From an uncultured Thermoleophilia bacterium (GTDB taxonomy: Bacteria > Actinomycetota > Thermoleophilia > UBA2241), in assembly GCA_963700035.1 (NCBI GenBank), contig CAVOWE010000021.1, positions 47,441 through 111,440 of the forward strand: DNA of 64,000 bases, written 5' to 3'. Shown piece by piece: positions 39,841-47,747 of the stretch. Position 1 is the stretch's first letter, and each line of letters starts with the position of its first letter. The notes below the pieces were generated by a model, which saw nothing but the letters and a program-made list of their open reading frames with translations, was not told where the DNA came from and made no database searches. The position numbers and the translations under genes were made by a program.

Positions 39841-41027
39841 GCCGGAGCCTCGCGCCGTCGCCGCTCGAGCCCGTCGATGACGGCCTCGAGCTGCGCGCGC
39901 TGCTCGTCGCCGAGGCGCTCACCGGTGGCGTAGTCGAAGAAGGTGGCGAAGAGCTCGAGGTCACCGACGCTGCCCGGGCGCGGCCGGCGGACGCCGGCCG
40001 CGCCGGTCGTCTCGTACAGCGGACGCTCGATCGACAGAGCGTTGGGGTACACGCCGCGCAGCCGGCCGATGGGGTCGAGCAGCGCTCCCCGGTCGAGCAA
40101 CGCGGCGAGCACGTAGTCGTCGGGGCGCGGGTCGGAGGCGCCGCGCTCGAGGAGCTCGGCCAGTGTGCCCTCGAGACGGCGGACGTCGCGGCGCGGCGTG
40201 AGCGCCACGGTCTCGACGGTGACGCGGGCGCGGCCGGCCGCGCCCGCGTCACCGGCGGCGCTGCCGGGTGCGCCCATGTCGAGGACGCTGACCGACTTGT
40301 CGTGATCGTGCTCGGCGAAGGAGTACTTGAGCAGCGAGCCGGCGTAGCGGACCGTCTCGCGGCCACAGCGCTGCGGCCGGTGGAGGTGGCCCAGGGCGAC
40401 GTAGTCGAAGCCGTCGTAGACGGCGGCCGGCACCTGCGTGGCGCCGCCGACACTCAGCGGGCGCTCGCTCTCGCTCTCGAGCGCTCCGGCGACGAAGGCG
40501 TGGGCGAGCGCGACGCGGCGCTCGGCGGGCGGGGTGGCCGCGAGCGCGCGGGCGACGCCGGCGGCGGCCACCGCCTGCTGGTCGTGGATGGCATCGTCGG
40601 CGTAGGCGTACCGCGCCTCGGCGGCGTCGGCGTAGGGGAGGGGGTGCACGTAGACGGGACCGTGTTCGTCGCGCAGGACGACGGGCGAGGCCGCCTGCGG
40701 CAGCTCGCCCACCAGGTACAGCCCGCGCTCGCGGAGCAGCGACGCCGCGAACCCGAGGCGCACGGCGCTGTCGTGGTTGCCGGCGATGGCGACGACGGGC
40801 ACGCCCTGCCCGACGACGATCTCGGTGAGCACGTGGTCGAGCAGCTCGACGGCCTCGGTGGGAGGCACGGCGCGGTCGTAGAGGTCGCCGGCGATGAGCA
40901 CGGCCGCCGGCTTCACCTCGGCGACCAGCGCGACGAGCTGCTCGAGCACGTGTTCCTGGTCGCGCGTGAGGTGGACGTTGTGGAACAGCCGCCCCAGGTG
41001 CCAGTCGGCGGTGTGGATGAGCCTCAT
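39837..41027 (-). CDS. sbcD: SbcD/Mre11-type nuclease
   Basis: It starts MRLIHTADWHLG and carries the motifs GDLYD, GNHD and GHLH. The start is ATG 41027. Confidence 0.9.
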   Translation of the reverse strand: MRLIHTADWHLGRLFHNVHLTRDQEHVLEQLVALVAEVKPAAVLIAGDLYDRAVPPTEAVELLDHVLTEIVVGQGVPVVAIAGNHDSAVRLGFAASLLRERGLYLVGELPQAASPVVLRDEHGPVYVHPLPYADAAEARYAYADDAIHDQQAVAAAGVARALAATPPAERRVALAHAFVAGALESESERPLSVGGATQVPAAVYDGFDYVALGHLHRPQRCGRETVRYAGSLLKYSFAEHDHDKSVSVLDMGAPGSAAGDAGAAGRARVTVETVALTPRRDVRRLEGTLAELLERGASDPRPDDYVLAALLDRGALLDPIGRLRGVYPNALSIERPLYETTGAAGVRRPRPGSVGDLELFATFFDYATGERLGDEQRAQLEAVIDGLERRRREAPA

Positions 41028-41113
41028 GGCCGCGACCCTACCACAGGGCCACGGGCGGGGCGGCTGCCTCTCTCGGGCGCCGGCTCCCACGCGCGGCGCT
41101 CCGACGAGATAGA

Positions 41114-42511
41114 ATGGGTCAAGTGCGCACCTTCCGCCTCTCGAAATCCCGCATCACCGCCGGCCTGCAGTGCGGCAAGCGCCTCTGGCTCGCCATCCAC
41201 CGCCCCGAGCTCGAGGTCTACAGCGCCGACACGCGGCGCCGTTTCGCCGCGGGCAACAGCGTCGGCGAGGTGGCCCGCGAGCTCTACGGGGTCGGCGAGC
41301 TCATCGACGGCGGCCGCAACCTCAGCCAGGCCCTGCGCGACACCGAGGCCGCCCTGGCGGCGCCGGGCGACATCACGTTGTACGAAGCCACCTTCCGGCA
41401 CAGCGGCGTCCTCATCCGCGCCGACATCCTCGAGCGGCGCGCCGGGCGCTATCGCATGGTCGAGGTCAAGTCGGCCACGCGTCTCAAGGAGTATCACCTG
41501 CAGGACGTGGCCATCCAGGCGTGGGTGACCGAGGGCGCCGGCCTCCCGCTCGACGTGCTCGGCGTGGCCGTCATCGACACCGACTTCGTGTACCCCGGCG
41601 GCGGCGACTACCACGGCCTGCTGCGCGAGATCGCGGTCGCCGACCAGGCGCGCCCGCTGATGGCGCACATCCCCGGGTGGGTGCGCGGATTCAACGAGCT
41701 GCTCGCGGGGCCGCTGCCGGCCATCAAGACGGGCCCCCAGTGCCGGCGCCCGTTCGAGTGCCCGTTCATCCCGTTCTGCGACGAGCAGGAGGGTACGCTG
41801 CCCTGCGCCCGGGACGACGAGCTCGACCTCGCCGGGGCCTGCCGACCCGCCGCAGCGATCGACGTCACGCTGGGCACCGTCGACCAGGCGGCCCCCGACT
41901 TTCTCGCCGCGCTGCCGTATCCCAGGTACTACCTCGACTTCGAGACGGTGCAGTTCGCCGTGCCTGTGTGGGCCGGCACGAAGCCCTTCCAGCAGCTCGT
42001 CTTCGAGTGGTCGTGCCACGTCGAGGCGCGGCCCGGCGAGCTGGAGCATCTCGAATTCCTCGACACCAGCGGCGAGCCGCCCATGCGCGCCGCCGCCGAG
42101 GCTCTGCTGGCGGCGCTCGCCGGCGAAGGCCCCGTCTTCGTCTACCACGACTTCGAGAAGTGGCGGCTGATGGAGATGGCGCGCCTGTTCCCCGACCTCG
42201 CGCCTCGTCTCGAAGCGCTCATGGGGCGCCTCGTCGACCTGCTGCGCCTCACCCGCGATCATTACCGCCACCCTGCGCTCAACGGCTCGTACTCGCTCAA
42301 GACGGTGCTCCCGACCATCGATCCCGAGCTCGACCACGCGCGGCTCGACGACGTGCAGGACGGCCTCTCGGCACAGGCCGCCTTCCACGAAGCCATGGCG
42401 CCCGATACGCCGGCGGACCGTCGCGAAGTCGTCCGCCGATCCCTGCTCGAGTACTGCGCTCTCGACACGCTGGCGCTGGTACGCGTCGCCCATCGTCTGG
42501 GCAGTGGCTGA
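41114..42511 (+). CDS. DUF2779-type protein: Cas4-like Fe-S PD-(D/E)XK nuclease domain fused to DEDD/RNase-H-like domain
   Basis: Three elements together indicate a Cas4-like domain. These are the N-terminal Cys in GLQCGKRLW, the DIL...MVEVKS segment and the Cys triad CRRPFECPFIPFC. The C-terminal half has YYLDFETV, FVYHDFE and EYCALDT. The true start may be GTG 41123, which would be leaderless behind TAGAAT 41110-41115. Confidence 0.7.
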   Translation: MGQVRTFRLSKSRITAGLQCGKRLWLAIHRPELEVYSADTRRRFAAGNSVGEVARELYGVGELIDGGRNLSQALRDTEAALAAPGDITLYEATFRHSGVLIRADILERRAGRYRMVEVKSATRLKEYHLQDVAIQAWVTEGAGLPLDVLGVAVIDTDFVYPGGGDYHGLLREIAVADQARPLMAHIPGWVRGFNELLAGPLPAIKTGPQCRRPFECPFIPFCDEQEGTLPCARDDELDLAGACRPAAAIDVTLGTVDQAAPDFLAALPYPRYYLDFETVQFAVPVWAGTKPFQQLVFEWSCHVEARPGELEHLEFLDTSGEPPMRAAAEALLAALAGEGPVFVYHDFEKWRLMEMARLFPDLAPRLEALMGRLVDLLRLTRDHYRHPALNGSYSLKTVLPTIDPELDHARLDDVQDGLSAQAAFHEAMAPDTPADRREVVRRSLLEYCALDTLALVRVAHRLGSG

Positions 42512-42521
42512 GAGGAGCCCT

Positions 42522-43092
42522 GTGGACCATCGCATCGAGATCGAGATGGACGGCCGGCCCGTCACGACCCTGGCAGACATCGTGCCCGCACGCGGTCCGC
42601 TGCGCGTGCTGTTCATCGGCAAGACGCCGTCGCCGGCCAGCGTGGAGGCCGGTCACTACTTCCAGGGGCGCATGGGCAAAGGGCTCTGGAAGCGCCTCGA
42701 CGAGGTAGGCCTGCTGCACGCCGCGCAGGGCGAGTTCCCCGACGACCTTCTGCTCGACAACGGCTTCGGGATGACCGACGTGTGCAAGCGTGCCACGGCC
42801 GTTCGGCGAGGAGCCCAGCGAGGCCGAGTACACCGAGGGCTGGGAGCGCGTCAACGGGATCATCACCCGCACGCGCCCGCGCATCCTCACGTTCGTGTAC
42901 AAGGGCGCGCTCGACAAGGTCCTCCAGTACTCGTTCGGCTGGGACCACAAGAGCGGCTACGGCTTCAACGACGACCTCATGCGCACCTTCGGGCGGCGCG
43001 TGTTCGCGTTTCCGCTGCCCGGCGTCTCCTGCACGCTCCGCGAGTCGCAACGGCATCTCGCCGACCTCGCCGGGTCGCTCAACGTCGTGTAG
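42522..43092 (+). pseudogene. Uracil-DNA glycosylase superfamily (Mug/TDG-like, divergent motif 1), frame broken near 42790
   Basis: GAGAGGAG lies 4 nt upstream of GTG 42522. The sequence reads LRVLFIGKTPSPASVEAGHYFQG...GFGMTDVCKR. It then continues as PRPFGEEPSEAEY...ILTFVYKGA in the frame of ORF 42790-43092. Confidence 0.6.
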
Positions 43093-43142
43093 GCACGCTC
43101 GCGCGCCGCGTCACATCGACTTCCAGGAGGATCAGGTATCCG

Positions 43143-43721
43143 ATGAAAGTGGTCGCGTTCAACGGCAGTTCGCGCAAGAACGGCAATACGGCCATCCTGC
43201 TGCGCCGCGTGCTCGTCGAGCTCGAAGCCGAGGGCATCGAGACCGAGCTCGTGCAGCTCGCCCACAAACGCTTCGCCGGGTGCACCGCCTGTCTCAAGTG
43301 CGCCGAGACCCTGGACAATCGTTGCTCGGGCCTCAAAGAAGACGGTCTCAACGAGTGCATCGAGAAGATGCTCGGCGCCGACGGCATCCTCATCGGCTCG
43401 CCCACCTACTACGCCAACTGCACAGCCACCACGCAGGCGCTCATGGAGCGCGCCGGGTACGCCACGCGTATGAACGGCAACCCGCTGGCGCGCAAGGTGG
43501 GCGCCGCCGTGGTCGCCGTCAGGCGCGGCGGCGCCATCCACGCCTTCGACTCCATCAACCACTGGTTCCAGATCAACCAGATGATCCTCATCGGCTCGAG
43601 CTACTGGAACATCGGCATCGGCCGCGAGATCGGCGACGTGGAGAACGACGAGGAAGGCCTTGCGACCATGGTCAACCTGGGCCGCACGATGGCCTGGGTC
43701 CTCAAGAAGCTCACCGCCTGA
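43143..43721 (+). CDS. NADPH-dependent FMN reductase / iron-sulfur flavoprotein-like
   Basis: It starts MKVVAFNGSSRKNGNT and carries GSPTYYANCT and a Cys-rich segment CTACLKC. Confidence 0.75.
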   Translation: MKVVAFNGSSRKNGNTAILLRRVLVELEAEGIETELVQLAHKRFAGCTACLKCAETLDNRCSGLKEDGLNECIEKMLGADGILIGSPTYYANCTATTQALMERAGYATRMNGNPLARKVGAAVVAVRRGGAIHAFDSINHWFQINQMILIGSSYWNIGIGREIGDVENDEEGLATMVNLGRTMAWVLKKLTA

Positions 43722-43829
43722 GAGCCAGCCGGCGGCCGCGCGGAGCTGCCCCGCACGCAACCGGGCCCGGCAGTCCTTCGACCACCGGGCCCTTCACACG
43801 CGTCCCTTGTCGGCGCACGGCTTCTGCCG

Positions 43830-44009
43830 TCACGTCTTTCCGTGTTTGATCTCGCCGATGCGGGTCGCGGGGTGATGCATCGTCTTGCTGTTCCAGCTCG
43901 TTGGCGGGGACTTCGTCTTCGCGGTCGCAGGCCAGCTCACCCGCTCCTGCCGGTGCTCGCGACGTTTGGGGCTCGGGACCTTGGCGTGGTCTCCGTCGTC
44001 AGGTCTCAT
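43830..44009 (-). CDS. Small basic protein (59 aa), unknown function
   Basis: The start is ATG 44009, with GGAGGTG 4 nt upstream. The sequence begins MRPDDGDHAKVPSPKRREHRQER. No family was recognised. Confidence 0.4.
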   Translation of the reverse strand: MRPDDGDHAKVPSPKRREHRQERVSWPATAKTKSPPTSWNSKTMHHPATRIGEIKHGKT

Positions 44010-44097
44010 GCTGCACCTCCGGTGACGAACGTCTACGGTAGTCATACCCGTCGCTGCCGCGGCGTAACAGCCGTCCCTGTCGCCGCTCGTCCGAACC

Positions 44098-44772
44098 TCA
44101 GTTGCTGCTCTTGGGAAGGTAGGGGACCAGCCAGCTGACGAAGGCTGCCTCGCTGCGGGTCTGCATGTAGAAGGTGCCTGGGCCCGTCAGCGTCACCACG
44201 AAGCCCTCGCCACTGAGGAACAGGGACTTCATGCCGCCGACCTTGTGCACCTCGATGGGCAGGCTCTCCGGCCAGGCCACGAGATGACCCGAGTCGACCG
44301 TGTACTGCTGCCCGGCCTGCAGGTCCACGCGGCGCAGGGCGCCGTAGGTGGCGACGATCGCCTTGCCTTGCCCGGAGCATCTCACGACGAAGAACGACGA
44401 GGCCCCGAACGCGCCTTTGAGGCCGCCCCACTTGGTGTCGAGGTCGATGGTCTGCTCAGAGGCGACGAAGCCGTCGCGATGGAACAGCCAGGTCTCGCCC
44501 TGAAGGTCCACGTAGGTCATATCGCCGGGCAGCGACGAGGCCAGCAGGATCTCGCCACCCGAGGGCGGCGCCGTGAACATGTTCATGAAGAACGACTCGC
44601 CGGAGAACGAGCGTTTGAGGCCCTTGAGGATGCCGCCTTGGGTGGTGGTCTCGATCTGCGTGCCGGTGGTCATGCTGATCATGGCGCCGCTCTCGGCGCG
44701 CAGCTTCTCCCCACCGGCAAGACGCGCGACGGCGACGGTGAAGGCCGGACCGTTCTGGAACTCGACTTCCAT
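44098..44772 (-). CDS. TIGR00266/AIM24 (DUF124) family protein
   Basis: It starts MEVEFQNGPAFTVAVARL, and the family-like segments are GESFFMNMF and LSGEGFVVTLTGPGTFYMQTR. Confidence 0.75.
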   Translation of the reverse strand: MEVEFQNGPAFTVAVARLAGGEKLRAESGAMISMTTGTQIETTTQGGILKGLKRSFSGESFFMNMFTAPPSGGEILLASSLPGDMTYVDLQGETWLFHRDGFVASEQTIDLDTKWGGLKGAFGASSFFVVRCSGQGKAIVATYGALRRVDLQAGQQYTVDSGHLVAWPESLPIEVHKVGGMKSLFLSGEGFVVTLTGPGTFYMQTRSEAAFVSWLVPYLPKSSN

Positions 44773-44872
44773 ATGACTTCCTCCTCGTGGGTGCGATGGT
44801 TTCCCATCTCGTACCCACTCGGCGACGTATGCAGGCCTTGACGCCCGGGCGAGCCGGATCTCGTGAGCTGTC

Positions 44873-46228
44873 CTATGCCAGCAGCGCGGCGACCGCCATG
44901 CGCAGCACCTCCGTGTGGCGGTCGACGTCGGCCGCGGTCGTTTGCGGCGCCATCAGGGCCATGTTGTGGAAGGGCGTCATGAGGATGCCGCGGTTCATCA
45001 TGAACAGGTGCAGGTAGCGGTCGAGCTGCTCGTCCTCGGCGGCGGCCGCCTCGCCGCCGTTCCGCGGCGCCGCCGGCCGCGGCCAGTACTCGCCGCGGCA
45101 GCCGAGACGCTTCACGACCCAGGGCAGCTCGTACTCGTCGATCACGCCCTGCACGCCATCGGCCCAGCGCCCGGCGAGGGGGACGGTGTGGGCGTACGCC
45201 TCCTCGGTGAGCACCTCGCCGAGCGTGGCACGCATCGCCGCCAGGCTGAGGGCGTTGCCGGCCAGAGTGCCGCCGACGCCGCACTCGTCGGCGGCGTGGT
45301 AGTCCCAGTCGGCACGGATGAGGTCGGCGAGCGTCTGGCCGAAGCCGTACACGGCGCTGGGCACGCCGCTGCCGATCGGCTTGCCCAGGGTGACCATGTC
45401 GGGGTCGAGACCCCAGGCGCGGGTGCAGCCGCCGGGGCCGGCGCAGATGGTGTGCGTCTCGTCGATGACCAGCAGCGTGCCGGTCTCGCGGCTGAGCCGG
45501 CGCAGCGCCTCGTGATAGCCAGGCTCGGGGAGGATGATGCCGATGTTGGTCAGCGCCGGTTCGGCGAGCACGCAGGCCACGTCGCCCGGGGCCAGCGCCG
45601 CCTCGAGCGCGGCGAGGTCGTTCCACTCGACCACCTTGGTCGTGAACGTGGGGTCGATGGGAGGGCCGGCATTGCCCGGCTTGGGGCCGGGCACGCCGTC
45701 GTTGATGGTGATGATCGTCTCGTCCACCGAGCCGTGGTAGCAGTAGTTGTAGACAAGGATCTTCGGGCGCCTCGTCGCATGCCGCGCGAGGCGCAGCGCG
45801 AAGCGGTTGGCGTCGGTCGCCGTGAGCGCCGCCTGCCAGTATTGCAGGCCGAAGCGGCGCGCGAGCTCGGCGGCCACCCAGAGCGAGTCCTCGGTGGGCA
45901 GCATCGTCGTCATGCCGCGCCCGGCCTGCCCGCAGATCGCGGCCACGGCTGCCTCCGGTGAGTGCCCGGTCATGGCGCCGGTATCGCCGAGGCAAAGGTC
46001 GATGTACTCGTGCCCGTCGACGCAGGTGAAGCGGGCGCCGCCAGCCTCGGCGACGTAGGGGGGGAAGGGGCTCGCCCAGCGCGTCATCCAGTTCATCGGC
46101 ACGCCGTCCAGCATGTGCGTCCGGGCCTGCTCGAACAGTGCCTGCGAGTGCGGATGGCGGCGGATGAAGAGCTCGTCCTCGCTCACCTTGAGGACGGCGA
46201 GACGGTCGCGGTCGAGGATGGCAGTCAC
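44873..46228 (-). CDS. Class III aminotransferase (glutamate-1-semialdehyde aminomutase-like)
   Basis: The start is GTG 46228, with GGAGG 5 nt upstream. It has YHGS, VIDETH and the PLP-Lys context TLGKPIGSG. Confidence 0.8.
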   Translation of the reverse strand: MTAILDRDRLAVLKVSEDELFIRRHPHSQALFEQARTHMLDGVPMNWMTRWASPFPPYVAEAGGARFTCVDGHEYIDLCLGDTGAMTGHSPEAAVAAICGQAGRGMTTMLPTEDSLWVAAELARRFGLQYWQAALTATDANRFALRLARHATRRPKILVYNYCYHGSVDETIITINDGVPGPKPGNAGPPIDPTFTTKVVEWNDLAALEAALAPGDVACVLAEPALTNIGIILPEPGYHEALRRLSRETGTLLVIDETHTICAGPGGCTRAWGLDPDMVTLGKPIGSGVPSAVYGFGQTLADLIRADWDYHAADECGVGGTLAGNALSLAAMRATLGEVLTEEAYAHTVPLAGRWADGVQGVIDEYELPWVVKRLGCRGEYWPRPAAPRNGGEAAAAEDEQLDRYLHLFMMNRGILMTPFHNMALMAPQTTAADVDRHTEVLRMAVAALLA

Positions 46229-46396
46229 GGGGACCTCCGGACGGGGTGGCAGTGGCGGTCCACGCGACGATACGGCACCGCGGCGGGAAGAGGAAGGGGG
46301 TGCCGACCACGCCACGGTTTCTCCGCGGCGATCGGCGTGACATACTTTGACGTGGCGCGCGTGCGTCGGCCGAGCCACTTCGAGCGGGAGCGCATC

Positions 46397-46516
46397 ATGG
46401 CCAGACAGTTCTTCGGAGGCTTCTTCGTCACGCTGGCCTTCGTGGCCGTCGTCCTGGCGGCGCTGTTCGGCATCTTCACCCTGGTCAGCTACCTCGCCGG
46501 GCCCGTCGGCGGGTGA
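46397..46516 (+). CDS. Small single-TM protein (39 aa)
   Basis: GGGAG lies 6 nt upstream of ATG 46397. The sequence is MARQFFGGFFVTLAFVAVVLAALFGIFTLVSYLAGPVGG. Confidence 0.35.
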   Translation: MARQFFGGFFVTLAFVAVVLAALFGIFTLVSYLAGPVGG

Positions 46517-46691
46517 GCGCAGCGCTCGCTGCGCGGGTGGCCGCGGCCGCCGGCGACGCCGTCGGCAGCGACGACGCGAGCTTCCCTGGGCCCTGCGTCG
46601 GGACCTCATGATCCTGCTCGCCGTCACCGACGTCTTCGAGGTGATGGCGTGGCGCTTCTTCCGCTGGGAGTGACGAAAGGAAGGCACTGGT

Positions 46692-47084
46692 TTGGCCCGC
46701 TTCATCGAACGAACCAAGTACGACTGGTGGTCGACCACCTGGAAGCTCGCGATCTTCCTGGCGATCGTCCTCTTCGCGATCCTCGTCATCTACCCGTGGC
46801 GCGGGTTCCTGCCCACCTTCCTGCTCATTCTGGCGGGGCTGTGGATGTACGTGGGTCTCGTGTCTCGCAGATCCGGCTACCGCTGTGGCAACTGCGGCCG
46901 CCCTTTCCAGGTGCCGACGACGGTCAACTTCTTCACCGCGTCGGCCGTGGGCAAGAACCCTGACGGCACCTACTACAGTTACAAGACGCTCACCTGCCCG
47001 CACTGCGGCAAGAGCAGCAAGGCGCGTGTCCTCAAGCGCGTGGACGCTCAGGCCGCCAAGGGGAGCGGCAGGCTGCTGAAGTAG
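46692..47084 (+). CDS. Membrane protein with C-terminal zinc-ribbon
   Basis: It starts at TTG 46692, downstream of AGGAAGG. Two TM spans are followed by CGNCG...CPHCG. Confidence 0.55.
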   Translation: MARFIERTKYDWWSTTWKLAIFLAIVLFAILVIYPWRGFLPTFLLILAGLWMYVGLVSRRSGYRCGNCGRPFQVPTTVNFFTASAVGKNPDGTYYSYKTLTCPHCGKSSKARVLKRVDAQAAKGSGRLLK

Positions 47085-47099
47085 GCGGTTCGCGGCTCG

Positions 47100-47534
47100 C
47101 TAGAGTCCGAGCAGACCACCGAGTCCCGTCAGAGCGGCGCGGGCCGCGGTCTCGTCGACGGCGTAGAAACTCCACTTGCCCCGTCTCGTTTCGTGGATCA
47201 GGCCTGCCTCACGGAGCACCTTGAGGTGGTACGAGACCTTGGATTGGGCCAAGCCGTGGAGGCCCTGCAGCTCGCAGACGCAGACGCCCTCCGGCCCGCC
47301 GGATGCCCCGGCCGCCGCCGGGCCGCGACAACACTGCGAGGCCGTCATCTGCGCGAGCATCCGCAGACGGATGGGATCGGAGAGCGCCTTGGCGGCCGTC
47401 GCCAGGTGGCCGGCCTCGTCCGCATCGAGCCCTTCGGAGGCGGGGAGGGGAGAGACGCCGGCGGGCAGTGGGCAGCACGGCTCCTGCGTCTGCGGTCGCG
47501 GGGGCGGCGTCGCGTCGCGCGTCTGCTCGGGCAT
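47100..47534 (-). CDS. ArsR/SmtB family metalloregulator with Cys-rich insertions
   Basis: The HTH segment is SKVSYHLKVLREAGLI. The Cys pairs are EPCCPLP, SQCC and VCVCEL. Confidence 0.8.
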   Translation of the reverse strand: MPEQTRDATPPPRPQTQEPCCPLPAGVSPLPASEGLDADEAGHLATAAKALSDPIRLRMLAQMTASQCCRGPAAAGASGGPEGVCVCELQGLHGLAQSKVSYHLKVLREAGLIHETRRGKWSFYAVDETAARAALTGLGGLLGL

Positions 47535-47569
47535 GGCCCTTCTCCTCTCTGAGGCTGGTGGGCGCCTCG

Positions 47570-47598
47570 AGGATACGCTCCTCGACGGCTCATTTCAA
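47570..47598 (-). promoter_or_regulatory. Candidate promoter of the second arsR-like gene
   Basis: TTGAAA (47598-47593), a 17-nt spacer, then TATCCT (47575-47570). GAGAGGAGAAGGG lies just before ATG 47534. Confidence 0.45.
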
Positions 47599-47747
47599 CA
47601 AATCTTGATGTGGTATTGACGGGCGCGGGGAAGCCGTGCCTACAAGTACGCATCGATGACAGTTGATCTGAGCACGAGACGGAGGAGCGGTCTGCGTACG
47701 ACATGCGCCATCGACATCGGCCGGAAGGGCCGCCCCCGCCACGGCGC

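Noticed and set aside
41024-42622. A 532-aa ORF on the - strand.
   Set aside because: It is antisense to the DUF2779-type nuclease, whose Cys and acidic motifs identify the + strand as coding.
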